From contig JADFYJ010000003.1 of assembly GCA_015233115.1 (NCBI GenBank), positions 40,536-104,535 of the forward strand: a stretch of DNA of 64,000 nt. The letters are read 5' to 3'. Positions 27,169 through 38,084 of this stretch are shown one piece after another. A model generated the notes under the pieces. That model worked only from the letters and a program-made list of their open reading frames with translations. It made no database searches and had not been told where the DNA came from. The DNA is from Candidatus Omnitrophota bacterium (lineage in GTDB: Bacteria; Omnitrophota; Gorgyraeia; Zapsychrales; Zapsychraceae). Within the stretch, counting starts at the first letter, position 1. Each line of letters opens with the position of its first letter. Made by a program: the position numbers and the translations under genes.

Positions 27169-29778
27169 TCACCGCGTCGGGGAGTTTTGGTCCACCGACG
27201 CGGTGGTTTTTAACTCGTTTATTAAGTTTAAAGCTTCGATCGGCGTTAAATTATTCACGTCGATGCTGTCCAGTTTATCCATAATGGCTTGCGATTTATG
27301 GTCTGGCGCAGGTGTTGTGAACAGGGTTAGCTGTTCTTGCCCACAACGCGCGTTTCTTAAGCTTTCCTTGAGATCTTGCTTTAACTCCAGTTTGGTTAAA
27401 ATAGTTTTCGCGCGATCAATGATGGTTTTAGGGATGCCAGCCAGTTTCGCGACGTATATTCCATAACTATCGTCTGTACTGCCGGGCACGATTTTGTGTA
27501 AAAAGATAATTTCTTCATCCCATTCTTTGACTGCCACATTGTAATTTTTTACGCCAGAATGTTCATCAGCCAAAGCCGTCAGCTCATGAAAATGGGTGGC
27601 AAATAAAGTACGTACTTTGGCGCGTTGTAGATGTTCAGCTAACGCCCAGGCCAGGCTTAATCCGTCATACGTGCTGGTGCCGCGGCCAATTTCGTCGAGA
27701 ATGACCAAACTGCGGTCGGATAAATTGTGCAATATATCCGCGGCTTCATTCATTTCCACCATAAAAGTGCTTTGTCCTTTGGAAATATCGTCGTGCGCGC
27801 CAATGCGGGTAAAAAATTTATCAATGATGCCGATATGAGATTTTTTAGCCGGGATATAGCTTCCGGCCTGCGCCATGATGGCGAGAATCGCGGTTTGGCG
27901 GATGTACGTAGATTTGCCGGACATATTAGGGCCGGTTAAAATGATGAGTTGATTGTCCTCACGATCGAGCAGGGTGTCATTCGCGATAAAGGTGTCAGAC
28001 AAGTGTTTTTCGACCACCGGGTGCCTGCCTTCTTCAAGCGAGAGGGTAAAATCATCACTGATTTCCGGGCAGGTATAGCCGTGATTTTGCGCGAGCGCGG
28101 TTAAAGAATATATCGCGTCAATTGAAGCAATATTTTGGCACAAATCATGCAGCACCAAAGAATGCCGCAGGATTTCTTGTTGAATTTCTTTGATAATGGT
28201 ATTTTCAATGGCTAGAATTTTATCTTGCGCTGTCAGAATTTTTTCTTCGTATTCTTTTAATTCTTGGGTAATATACCGCTCACCATTGACCAGGGTTTGT
28301 TTGCGGATGTAATGCGAGGGAACAGACGCCAGATTGGTTTTGGTGATCTCAATGTAATAGCCGAACACTTTATTAAATCCGACCTTAAGGGAATTTATGC
28401 CTGACCGCTTGATTTCATCTTCTTGAAATTTTTTAAGCCAGGCGTGGCCGTTATTCTGTATGTTCTTAAGATCATCGAGTTCCGCGTTAACCCCGGTACA
28501 AATAACTTTGCCTTCGGGTTTTGCCAAAGGGATGTCATCGTTAATCGTTTGAACCAGCTTTTCGCGTAGATCAGCAATGTCGGTCAAAGTAAAAAGAATA
28601 TTATCTTGTATTAGTTGGGACAAGAGGATCGCCATGTCCGGAATCAAAGCGAGAGTGTTGCGGATGGCTAATAGATCTTTGGGGTGTGAATAGCCACAGC
28701 TTAAGCGGGAAATATTTTTTTCCAAATCAGGAATTTTATCCAGGAAAATTTTTAAAGACGGCAGAATTTTTGAATTGTTTTTTAACAAAGTCACCGCAGA
28801 CAAACGCTGTTCAATCCGGTCTTTATTTTTTAATGGATGAAAAAGCCAAAACCATAATTTACGTTTACCCAGAGCCGTGCGGGTGTTATCAATAGCTTGG
28901 AAGACCTGGTCGAGCTCTAGTCCGCGCTGGGCAGCAGGAGAAATGAACGCGAATTCTTCATCCGTATACAGGGAAATCCGGTCGATGTGATGCAGTGGTT
29001 GTTTGTTCATCTCCTTAAGATATTGCAGTAAAGCTCCGACTGCGCCGACACAGAGCAGTTTATTTTCTAGGCCAAATCCGTGTAAGTTTAAAACTTTAAA
29101 ATGTTCGATGATGGTTTTGCGGCTGATTTCCGGGTTAAAACTCCATGTTCCATAAGGACTTAAGGTTATAGCCTTGGAACGCAGCAGGGGGGATTTGAGT
29201 AAAGTCTTGAAATGATCCGCATCATGGTCTGGAAACACACATTCATATATAGGTAAGCGGCAAAGAATTTGGATCAGCTGATTTTCATTTAAAAGTAATT
29301 CTTGTGTTTGGATGGTTCCATTGACCGGATCAGTAAAGGCCAAGCCATAAGCTTTTTTATCGCGCCATACAGCGAGGATATACCGTGTGGCATCGTCTGT
29401 TTCATCCAAATATGTCCCTGAGGTGATCACGCGGATAATGTCCCGTTTAACAATACCTTTGGCTAAAGCCGGATCTTCTAATTGTTCACAGATTGCGATT
29501 TTAAAGCCGGCTTTAACTAACCGGGCAATGTAACTTTCACTGGCGTGATGAGGAAAGCCGCACATGGGGACGTGGTTGGCAGACCCTTTTCCCCGGGATG
29601 TTAAGACTAGATCCAGGACGCGGGATACGGTTTTAGCGTCATCAAAAAACATCTCATAAAAATCACCGAGCCGGAAAAATAAAATACAATCGCGGTGCTG
29701 GGATTTAATTGAATGATATTGCCGCAGCATAGGCGTCATACTTGTTTCATCGGAAGGTATTATTTCTGCCGGATTCAT
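27169..29778 (-). CDS. mutS: DNA mismatch repair protein MutS
   Basis: TPMLRQY, FFRLGDFYEMF, TGPNMSGKSTY, DEIGRGTST, ATHFHEL. Confidence 0.97.
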   Translation of the reverse strand: MNPAEIIPSDETSMTPMLRQYHSIKSQHRDCILFFRLGDFYEMFFDDAKTVSRVLDLVLTSRGKGSANHVPMCGFPHHASESYIARLVKAGFKIAICEQLEDPALAKGIVKRDIIRVITSGTYLDETDDATRYILAVWRDKKAYGLAFTDPVNGTIQTQELLLNENQLIQILCRLPIYECVFPDHDADHFKTLLKSPLLRSKAITLSPYGTWSFNPEISRKTIIEHFKVLNLHGFGLENKLLCVGAVGALLQYLKEMNKQPLHHIDRISLYTDEEFAFISPAAQRGLELDQVFQAIDNTRTALGKRKLWFWLFHPLKNKDRIEQRLSAVTLLKNNSKILPSLKIFLDKIPDLEKNISRLSCGYSHPKDLLAIRNTLALIPDMAILLSQLIQDNILFTLTDIADLREKLVQTINDDIPLAKPEGKVICTGVNAELDDLKNIQNNGHAWLKKFQEDEIKRSGINSLKVGFNKVFGYYIEITKTNLASVPSHYIRKQTLVNGERYITQELKEYEEKILTAQDKILAIENTIIKEIQQEILRHSLVLHDLCQNIASIDAIYSLTALAQNHGYTCPEISDDFTLSLEEGRHPVVEKHLSDTFIANDTLLDREDNQLIILTGPNMSGKSTYIRQTAILAIMAQAGSYIPAKKSHIGIIDKFFTRIGAHDDISKGQSTFMVEMNEAADILHNLSDRSLVILDEIGRGTSTYDGLSLAWALAEHLQRAKVRTLFATHFHELTALADEHSGVKNYNVAVKEWDEEIIFLHKIVPGSTDDSYGIYVAKLAGIPKTIIDRAKTILTKLELKQDLKESLRNARCGQEQLTLFTTPAPDHKSQAIMDKLDSIDVNNLTPIEALNLINELKTTASVDQNSPTR
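27170..27205. repeat. CACCGCGTCGG palindromic element forming the mutS 3' end; second copy after leuS
   Basis: CACCGCGTCGG...CCGACGCGGTG here and at 49853-49888. Confidence 0.75.
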
Positions 29779-29953
29779 AAGAAAATAGTTATAGCATAAA
29801 AGTAAAGGTCTTAAAAGGAAAAGTCATGTGGTAAAAAAATGCTTAGTAAGAAACCGTTTTCCCATTAGGCCCTTTAGCCCCTTGTTTCCCCTCTTTTCAT
29901 AAGATATATTTTATATTAGGTTGTTAAATGGAGTACCGGTAATGGAGGGGGAT

Positions 29954-30763
29954 ATGAAAATACATAAAATATTGATCATGATTGGCTTTTTATTCGCGGG
30001 AATTTATCCGGCCCAAGCGGCTTTGGAAACCACCACGGATACTTTTCAATTTATTGAGAACACCCGCGCCGTGGCAGACGTGTATCTAAGCCTGGCTATC
30101 TGCGCATATAAGAAAAAAAATTATGTTTCGGCAAAGGAAGAATGCGAAAAAGCGTTAAGAGTGGATCCGAATAATTGTAAGGCCATTGACTTAATGAATA
30201 AACTTGCGTCGAAATCAGGAAGGATTCCTGATCGTAAGATTTTGCAAAGTCAAGTTGAGGAATATCAAAAACAAATTTTGGATTTAAAAATGGAAAAGGC
30301 GTCCTTAGAGGCAGAGTACAGTCGGAAGTTGCAAAAGTCTCAGATGCTGGCTAAACAGAATAAACAAACAGCTGACCGTTACGGCCAAGATATGGAAGCA
30401 TTAAAAAATCGTTTTAATACGAACGTCGCGGAGTCAGTTAAATATCAAGCCCAGTTGTCAGAATTAAACACAAAACAATTGGCGCTTAACAGTACAAAAG
30501 ATCAAGTGTTTTATACCAAGAATGAAGTGTTTGCCGCGGTAGATAATTATGCTTTGGTTCAAAATAACAAGTTACAAGAAATTGGAGATGTGACTCTGGC
30601 GAGCGCTGCGTCTTTGCAAAAAAACGCGGACAATATTGAGGAGCAGAAAAAAATTATTGATGAGCTTTCGCAACAATTGGATACGTACAAGAAAAATATA
30701 GAGGAGCAGAGGAAAATTTTGTTCCGTCAAACCCATCGATTTGAACTGATGGAGGTTAAATGA
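29954..30763 (+). CDS. Secreted TPR plus coiled-coil protein
   Basis: GGAGG RBS before ATG 29954, signal peptide, one TPR (AKEECEKALRVDPNN), long heptad region. Confidence 0.7.
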   Translation: MKIHKILIMIGFLFAGIYPAQAALETTTDTFQFIENTRAVADVYLSLAICAYKKKNYVSAKEECEKALRVDPNNCKAIDLMNKLASKSGRIPDRKILQSQVEEYQKQILDLKMEKASLEAEYSRKLQKSQMLAKQNKQTADRYGQDMEALKNRFNTNVAESVKYQAQLSELNTKQLALNSTKDQVFYTKNEVFAAVDNYALVQNNKLQEIGDVTLASAASLQKNADNIEEQKKIIDELSQQLDTYKKNIEEQRKILFRQTHRFELMEVK

Positions 30764-30805
30764 TTTTTTGTTGTTAAAATATGATAAGCCGTGTAAAATT
30801 TTTGC

Positions 30806-32404
30806 ATGAGAAAAATTTATTCCGTTTGGGGGTCTGGTCTTTTATTCTTAATTGTGATCGGTGCCTTATTTTATAAATCGCTTTTTTTTGGTTTAACCTA
30901 TCTTGACGACCAGGTTTGGACCTTGGATTACCAATGGTTTTTAGTTAATTGGCTCAACGCGGTTAAATTTTTTACCAAACCAGATTTTATTTCTCCATGT
31001 TTTTACCGTCCGTTTTTAGATCTTTCCTTTATGATCGAAGCTCATCTGGGTCATTTTCAAATTTGGGTATACCATTTTACCAATATTTTATTGCATTTTT
31101 TGGGGACCTGTTTCGCGTACAAATTTTTTGAACATTTTTTAAAAGATAAAAAACCGGCTTTGATTTTGGCTTTGGTTTTTGCCGTTCATCCGGTGTTAAG
31201 TTTAGCAGCCGCTTGGATTCCTGGGCGGACAGATTCTATATTGGCGGTATTTGCGTTGCCCGCATTTTTATGTTTTGTCAATTACCTGGATCAAAGAAAA
31301 AAAATATTATGGATTGGTTATGTGTTGCTGACTGCGGGCGCTTTTTTGTGTAAGGAAACAGCCTTGGTTTTACCGGTTATGTGTATTTTGTACTTGTTGA
31401 TCTATAAAAAAGAGTGGGGTTTTAAAAATTATACGGGCTTGTGGATTTTTTGGGGTTTAGGGATCACGGGTTTCTTAATTTTACGAAAATCGATTCTGGC
31501 TTTGCCGGCCAGCACGATTTCATGGGACCGTTTATTCACGTCGTTTTTTCAAAATTTACCGACTCTTATTTTAGGCTGGGGCAAGGCTTTTTTTCCGGTC
31601 AACGTGTCAGTTTTACCAACGCTGGGAGATTCTTCATTAGGAATAGGAATCGCAGCCTTAACAGTTATGATTGTGTTGCTGCTGGTGACCAAACAAAAAG
31701 TGTGGCCGAATATAATATTTGGCGGAATATGGTTTGTGTTTTTTTTATTGCCGTCTTTAATTTTGAGTTTTATTGAACATGAATATCGTCTTTATTTATC
31801 ATTATTGGGCTTTATTTTAATTTTAGCTCAGACGGATATTTTCAGATGGAGCATGCAGGGCCGGAGAGTTTGGCTTTGGGCGCTTATTATTATCGCTTTG
31901 GCAGGTAAGAGTTTTTATCATATAGACCATGTGCGGAACCGGTTGGAATTTTGGAAAACAGCGGTTATTAATTCTCCGCATTCCCCTCTGGCGCATCGTA
32001 ATTTAGCGGCCATGTATTTTTTGGATAAAGATTTAGATCGGGCAGAAGTAGAGTTTAAAAAAGCCGCGGATTTAAATTTTCAAGAACCAATGGTCCACAA
32101 TAATCTCGGACTTATTGATATGAACCGAGGGCGCTTCACGGAAGCAGAGAAAGAATATTTATTAGAAATTAAATTTAATCCGGCTTATGGGAATGCATAT
32201 TACAATTATGGTTTATTAAAATTTATGCAAAAGCAATATGCCGACAGCGCCAAGCTTTTCGAACAAGCTGTTTATTATGATCCCAAACATGTGGACGCGG
32301 TAAAAATGTTGATTCAGTATTATCACTTTTCTAACGATGCAACACGGGCTCAATACTGGGAAGAATATTTGCGGCGCAATGGGGTAACCCTAAGTACGAA
32401 TTAG
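30806..32404 (+). CDS. Polytopic GT-C (TMTC/PMT-like) glycosyltransferase with C-terminal TPRs
   Basis: YLDD, FYRP, HFTNILLH, AVHP, WIPGR, CKE, EYRLYL motifs; many TM helices; TPRs. Confidence 0.8.
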   Translation: MRKIYSVWGSGLLFLIVIGALFYKSLFFGLTYLDDQVWTLDYQWFLVNWLNAVKFFTKPDFISPCFYRPFLDLSFMIEAHLGHFQIWVYHFTNILLHFLGTCFAYKFFEHFLKDKKPALILALVFAVHPVLSLAAAWIPGRTDSILAVFALPAFLCFVNYLDQRKKILWIGYVLLTAGAFLCKETALVLPVMCILYLLIYKKEWGFKNYTGLWIFWGLGITGFLILRKSILALPASTISWDRLFTSFFQNLPTLILGWGKAFFPVNVSVLPTLGDSSLGIGIAALTVMIVLLLVTKQKVWPNIIFGGIWFVFFLLPSLILSFIEHEYRLYLSLLGFILILAQTDIFRWSMQGRRVWLWALIIIALAGKSFYHIDHVRNRLEFWKTAVINSPHSPLAHRNLAAMYFLDKDLDRAEVEFKKAADLNFQEPMVHNNLGLIDMNRGRFTEAEKEYLLEIKFNPAYGNAYYNYGLLKFMQKQYADSAKLFEQAVYYDPKHVDAVKMLIQYYHFSNDATRAQYWEEYLRRNGVTLSTN

Positions 32405-32610
32405 AAAACAGAAATTAGGGGAGTATGTCGTGCGTAGTATGTGGTATGTGGTTGTTGAAAATTTTCACCCTTTGGGTGAAGAAAAATTTTTATTCGGAAT
32501 TGGGGGGGGAAGTTTTTTAAAAAATTGGTGCCGGCTAGCATTATTTTGGGATATAATAATAAAATTCAGATAAATTCCCGCAAGTCAGGCACTCATTTAT
32601 AGGAGGCAGT

Positions 32611-33012
32611 ATGGCTAACTTAATAGCGCCCAGGAAAGTGCTTTTTAACGTCAATAAATATCAACAAATTTTGTTTTATCCCACCATATTGGTGTTTATG
32701 ATCGGGTGCATGATGGCGTGGCTGTGTTTGATGTATTTTATGCTAACGGATTATCTGGCTAATCCAGGGCTGGGGCAGATTCACCGTTTGATTCCTTATA
32801 TGTTGGTTATTTTGGCTGCGGCATTAATTTTGGTGATTATATGGCAGAGTAAATTATCCAATCGCGTGGTAGGGGCTTTTGGACGAGTGGTTAGGGAAAT
32901 GGATGAAGTGATTGAAGGAAAAAGGCCAGGACCGATCATGGTCCGGGAACGTGATGAAATGTTTTATGAAATTGTGAAGCGGGTTAATTTGCTGATCGAT
33001 AAGAAGAAATGA
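32611..33012 (+). CDS. Two-TM membrane protein with HAMP-like C-terminus
   Basis: GGAGG RBS; two hydrophobic helices then SNRVVGAFGRV...VRERDEMFYEIVKRVN. Confidence 0.7.
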   Translation: MANLIAPRKVLFNVNKYQQILFYPTILVFMIGCMMAWLCLMYFMLTDYLANPGLGQIHRLIPYMLVILAAALILVIIWQSKLSNRVVGAFGRVVREMDEVIEGKRPGPIMVRERDEMFYEIVKRVNLLIDKKK

Positions 33013-33024
33013 AAGCGAGGCAAT

Positions 33025-34428
33025 ATGATGGGGCGGGGACTTTATAATTTTTTAATTTTAGGATTGATTTTATTAACCACAAATGTTTATGCCGAAAAAA
33101 TTTTATTTAAAGACGGCAAAGAAAAAATCGGCTTGATCACGGAGCGGAAAGCTGATTCTGTCCGGATCGATGTGGATAATTTGGGTGTACCCATCACGTA
33201 TTATTTGGATGAAATTGACAAAATTCTGGATGATAATGGCAAACAAATTTATGGCGGGGCGAGTGTGGCTAAACCGGCCGCTAAAGTGAATGAACTGAAG
33301 GGCACAGAAACGAAAGTGTCTCCTGCGCAAATGCCGGATGGGCCATATAAAATATATTACGATAGCGGCAAATTGAAACAATCGGTTGGCATTAAGAACG
33401 GCAAGCGCGTGGGCTTGTTTCAGGAATACTTTGAAAGCGGAAAATTAAAGGTGGAGGTAGAGTATAAAGACGATGTGCGGGTCAGTGATTATAAGGAATA
33501 TTTTGAAGACGGAAAATTGGCATATAAAGAGCAGTATAAAAATGGATTGGTCGACGGATTGATGCAGGAATATTATCCCAGTGGTAATTTGATGAGGGAG
33601 GTTAATTTCCAAAATAATTTGCGTAACGGGCTGGCGCGGGAATACTCGGATAAGGGAAAACCCGCCGTGGATGTTACTTTTGTGAATGATGTCCGGGAAG
33701 GGCCATACGCGGAATACGACGAAAATGGCAGCAAAGTCGTGGAGGGAATTTATAAAAACGGAAAAAAAGAAGGATTATATAAATATTATTCCAAGGACGG
33801 AAAGTTGTTCGCGGAAGCCATATATGCCGCGAATAAACAAAATGGGGCATACAAAGAATATTACCCCAATGGTCAATTAAGTGTGGAGTTAAATTTTAAA
33901 GATGGTTTGAAGACTGGGCCATTTCAAGAGTTTGATGAGAAAGGCCAGGTGACCTTTAAAGGGAATTATGTTAAAGATCAAGTCGACGGATTAGTTTCGG
34001 AATTCAAGGACGGTGTTTTAGTTAAAGAAACAACTTATGAGAATAGCAAGAAAAATGGGGCATATAAAGAATTCTACAATGGAAAAAAAGTAAAATCGCA
34101 AATCATATTTAAGGATGATGTCCGTGCGGGTTATCAGGAATTTTATGAAGATGGGAAACTGCAATATGATGAAAAATATGTGGATGGAAAAGTCAGCGGG
34201 ATAGTTAAAGAATATTATCCTAACGGCCAGCTTTTAAGAGATCTGACCTACGTCGAAGGAAAGAAAGACGGGATTTATACTGAATATTCTCCAGAAGGCA
34301 AAGTGTTAGTCGAAATCACCTTTAAGCAGGATCAGGAAGTGGACCGGAAAGTCCATAACGAAAATTTACCGGCTGGAACAGCAGAAAAACCAGAGCTACC
34401 AGCTTCTGATGTCTTGCCCCAAAAATGA
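33025..34428 (+). CDS. Secreted MORN-variant repeat protein
   Basis: Signal peptide; ~15 repeats of G.YKEYY.NG.L..E..YK.G. Confidence 0.85.
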   Translation: MMGRGLYNFLILGLILLTTNVYAEKILFKDGKEKIGLITERKADSVRIDVDNLGVPITYYLDEIDKILDDNGKQIYGGASVAKPAAKVNELKGTETKVSPAQMPDGPYKIYYDSGKLKQSVGIKNGKRVGLFQEYFESGKLKVEVEYKDDVRVSDYKEYFEDGKLAYKEQYKNGLVDGLMQEYYPSGNLMREVNFQNNLRNGLAREYSDKGKPAVDVTFVNDVREGPYAEYDENGSKVVEGIYKNGKKEGLYKYYSKDGKLFAEAIYAANKQNGAYKEYYPNGQLSVELNFKDGLKTGPFQEFDEKGQVTFKGNYVKDQVDGLVSEFKDGVLVKETTYENSKKNGAYKEFYNGKKVKSQIIFKDDVRAGYQEFYEDGKLQYDEKYVDGKVSGIVKEYYPNGQLLRDLTYVEGKKDGIYTEYSPEGKVLVEITFKQDQEVDRKVHNENLPAGTAEKPELPASDVLPQK

Positions 34429-34551
34429 TATTGTTTGATGCTAAAATAGTGTCCTAGTTTGTCTGGCAGTGTCTACTTGACAATGGTAAAATTATTAGGT
34501 ATCTTTATCATTCAACTTTTGAATTAAATAATAATATGTAAGGAGAAACAG

Positions 34552-35157
34552 ATGAAAAAATTATTGTTATCAGTATTAGCAGGAATTGCGGTGAGTGTGT
34601 TCAGCGCAGGCGTTGCGCATGCCACGGTTATTAATTTTAATGATCTAGAGCAGGCAGGGACAGGGTACCAGGATATGTCTACCTATTCCAATAGCGGATT
34701 TACATTTACAAGTAGTGTTGGGGCTAGCAGCATTGCTTTTGCCAGTGCACAACAAAGCGCCCCGTTTTATTTTGGCTCGGCTAATTTGTTAAATAATTTG
34801 GATGGGCAAGTGACAGCTCTGGCTTTTGTAGACGGTGCTTTTACTGTCAATTCGATGGATGTGCATGGCTTGTATGATAAGGGACAAGCGCTTGATTTTT
34901 ATGCTTATTCGGGCAGTTCACAGGTAGGACATTTAAGCTATGTTATACCTGATTTAAATTGGGAGACTGTAAATTTCGGTTCAGATTTTCAAAATATCAC
35001 GTCATTACAATGGGCGCAAAATTCGCCATATCATGCGTTCGACAACATTGTTTTAAATGGTGGTTCTCCGACCAATGCTGTCCCTGAACCCGCGACCATG
35101 GCTTTGTTAGGCAGTGGTTTAGTGGGTATGTTTTTTAGACGTAAAAATAGAGCTTAA
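34552..35157 (+). CDS. PEP-CTERM sorting-domain surface protein
   Basis: Signal peptide; C-terminal VPEPATMALLGSGLVGMFFRRK. Confidence 0.93.
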   Translation: MKKLLLSVLAGIAVSVFSAGVAHATVINFNDLEQAGTGYQDMSTYSNSGFTFTSSVGASSIAFASAQQSAPFYFGSANLLNNLDGQVTALAFVDGAFTVNSMDVHGLYDKGQALDFYAYSGSSQVGHLSYVIPDLNWETVNFGSDFQNITSLQWAQNSPYHAFDNIVLNGGSPTNAVPEPATMALLGSGLVGMFFRRKNRA

Positions 35158-35174
35158 TAAATAGTTTAAAAAGA

Positions 35175-35219
35175 AACAGGCGCCGATTTTTAATTAAAAA
35201 ATGGTGCCTGTTTTTTTTT
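35175..35219 (+). terminator. Intrinsic terminator
   Basis: AACAGGCGCC...GGTGCCTGTT stem followed by T9. Confidence 0.7.
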
Positions 35220-35325
35220 ATTATAGATCAGCGTGGGTTTACTTACTTATCGGAAATTTATTGGCATTTTATCGGCCATTTGGGTAAAATATTATTTTCT
35301 ATCAAGCAACCCTGAAGGAGGCCGC

Positions 35326-36764
<1,439 letters not shown>

Positions 36765-36784
36765 AATAAAAATTCCTAATGATT

Positions 36785-36976
36785 TTAGTCGGTAATGGAC
36801 AAATAATCAATTTTTTCCATTTCTGATAAAATTTCTAAAGATATCTGAGCAGTGGCGCGGGACTCTAAGGCTAATTTTTTCTCGAGTGCGCGTCTGGGGG
36901 ATATGTGAATGGTTTTAACCATGCGGTCAGTTTTTTGTAAAATTTTTTTATCGAGCTTTAAAGATAAATTTTTCAT
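36785..36976 (-). CDS. Small RHH-like orphan antitoxin-like protein, possibly internally deleted
   Basis: MKNLSLKLD beta-strand start, acidic LEILSEMEKID tail, AGGGGG RBS; no toxin follows. Confidence 0.45.
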   Translation of the reverse strand: MKNLSLKLDKKILQKTDRMVKTIHISPRRALEKKLALESRATAQISLEILSEMEKIDYLSITD

Positions 36977-37028
36977 AAATGACTGCCCCCTTTAATATTA
37001 CTAAAATATATCCCAAGGGATTTTTTTG

Positions 37029-37916
37029 TCAAGAGGTTAAGCGTCCCATCAATTGGAACGCCTTTTTTTCAAATTTCGAAAAAGCGAACCATTTTTTGCC
37101 TAAATCTTTCAACGATGCGCCGATGTGATAGACGTCCTTGTTATCTAATATCAAAAATCTATCATGTGCATTTTTGAATTCTTTAATTTCTATAGGCGGA
37201 TATTGCGCGTTGTATTTTTTAACGTCTAAAGCTAGTTGTGGAAAAATTTTGTTTGTAAAGATTGTGACTGCAACGTTCTTGTTTCTTTTTGCGAGGACAT
37301 TAAGGACGGAATCATCAATATAATTGTCTATGATCACAATTGATTTTTTTGCGCTGCGGATAAGATCAGACACGAATTTATAAGCATCAAAAACCTGCCC
37401 ATCGAAAAATATGCCTTTTTGAGGAATAATTTCTTTTTGCTCGATCGCGTCAAACACCCGCTTAAATTTTTCATCAGACTCGGATTTGAATTCGATTTGT
37501 TTTTTCTCAATACTATCCAGCCGGTGAAATAACTGGCCGTTCACAAGAAGAAACCTGCGCATAGCGACAAAAGCCCGCATAATTTGGATATTAACTTCAA
37601 TGGCTCTGTCGCTAGTGAGGACAGCTGATACTGCAGCGACGCCTTGCTCTGTGAAGGCATACGGTAAAGATCCTCCTAAGTATTGTTTTGAAGGTATCGC
37701 ATTTTGCGACACCATACTTTCGACCTCTTGTTCCGTTAATTGAAACATGAAATCAGAAGGGAAGCGTTTTATGTTTCTTTTGGCTTGTTCTCTTAAACGG
37801 ACAGGTTTCACCAAATAAAATTCTGCCAAATCTCTGTCTAACATTACTTGTAGTCCGCGTATTGTATAAATTTTGTTTTGAATAAAATCGGGTTTTAATA
37901 CTTCATTGTCTATCAT
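37029..37916 (-). CDS. ORF6N-domain DNA-binding protein with C-terminal PLD-like domain
   Basis: IYTIRGLQVMLDRDLAEFY, RNIKRFPSDFMFQLT, PYAFTEQGVA; IIDNYID and HDRFLILD..YHIGASLKDLGKK; start set at ATG 37916. Confidence 0.88.
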   Translation of the reverse strand: MIDNEVLKPDFIQNKIYTIRGLQVMLDRDLAEFYLVKPVRLREQAKRNIKRFPSDFMFQLTEQEVESMVSQNAIPSKQYLGGSLPYAFTEQGVAAVSAVLTSDRAIEVNIQIMRAFVAMRRFLLVNGQLFHRLDSIEKKQIEFKSESDEKFKRVFDAIEQKEIIPQKGIFFDGQVFDAYKFVSDLIRSAKKSIVIIDNYIDDSVLNVLAKRNKNVAVTIFTNKIFPQLALDVKKYNAQYPPIEIKEFKNAHDRFLILDNKDVYHIGASLKDLGKKWFAFSKFEKKAFQLMGRLTS

Positions 37917-37926
37917 TAGTATTAAC

Positions 37927-37995
37927 CTTTCTAAGGTCGCATTTTGCGACCATAAAGAACTATTCTTTAAGATCACAAATTGTGACCTTAAAGAA
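37927..37995. repeat. Two tandem 33-bp palindromes upstream of the ORF6N gene
   Basis: CTTTCTAAGGTCGCATTTTGCGACCATAAAGAA and TTCTTTAAGATCACAAATTGTGACCTTAAAGAA, period 36; third core at 37693-37713. Confidence 0.8.
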
Positions 37996-38044
37996 GCAGT
38001 TACTTTTTTTAATTTTTAAATCATTTTAAAAAAGAAAGACGTCT

Positions 38045-38082
38045 CCCTTCACCCCGCCCTCTCCCCAGAGGTAGGAGAGGGA
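38045..38082. repeat. REP-like CCCTCTCCC/GGAGAGGG hairpin at the comM 3' end
   Basis: CCCTTCACCCCGCCCTCTCCCCAGAGGTAGGAGAGGGA. Confidence 0.55.
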
Positions 38083-38084
38083 TA

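Noticed and set aside
33025-34428. YwqK-type antitoxin interpretation of the MORN-variant protein
   Set aside because: It has a signal peptide and no adjacent toxin; the repeat alone does not imply TA function
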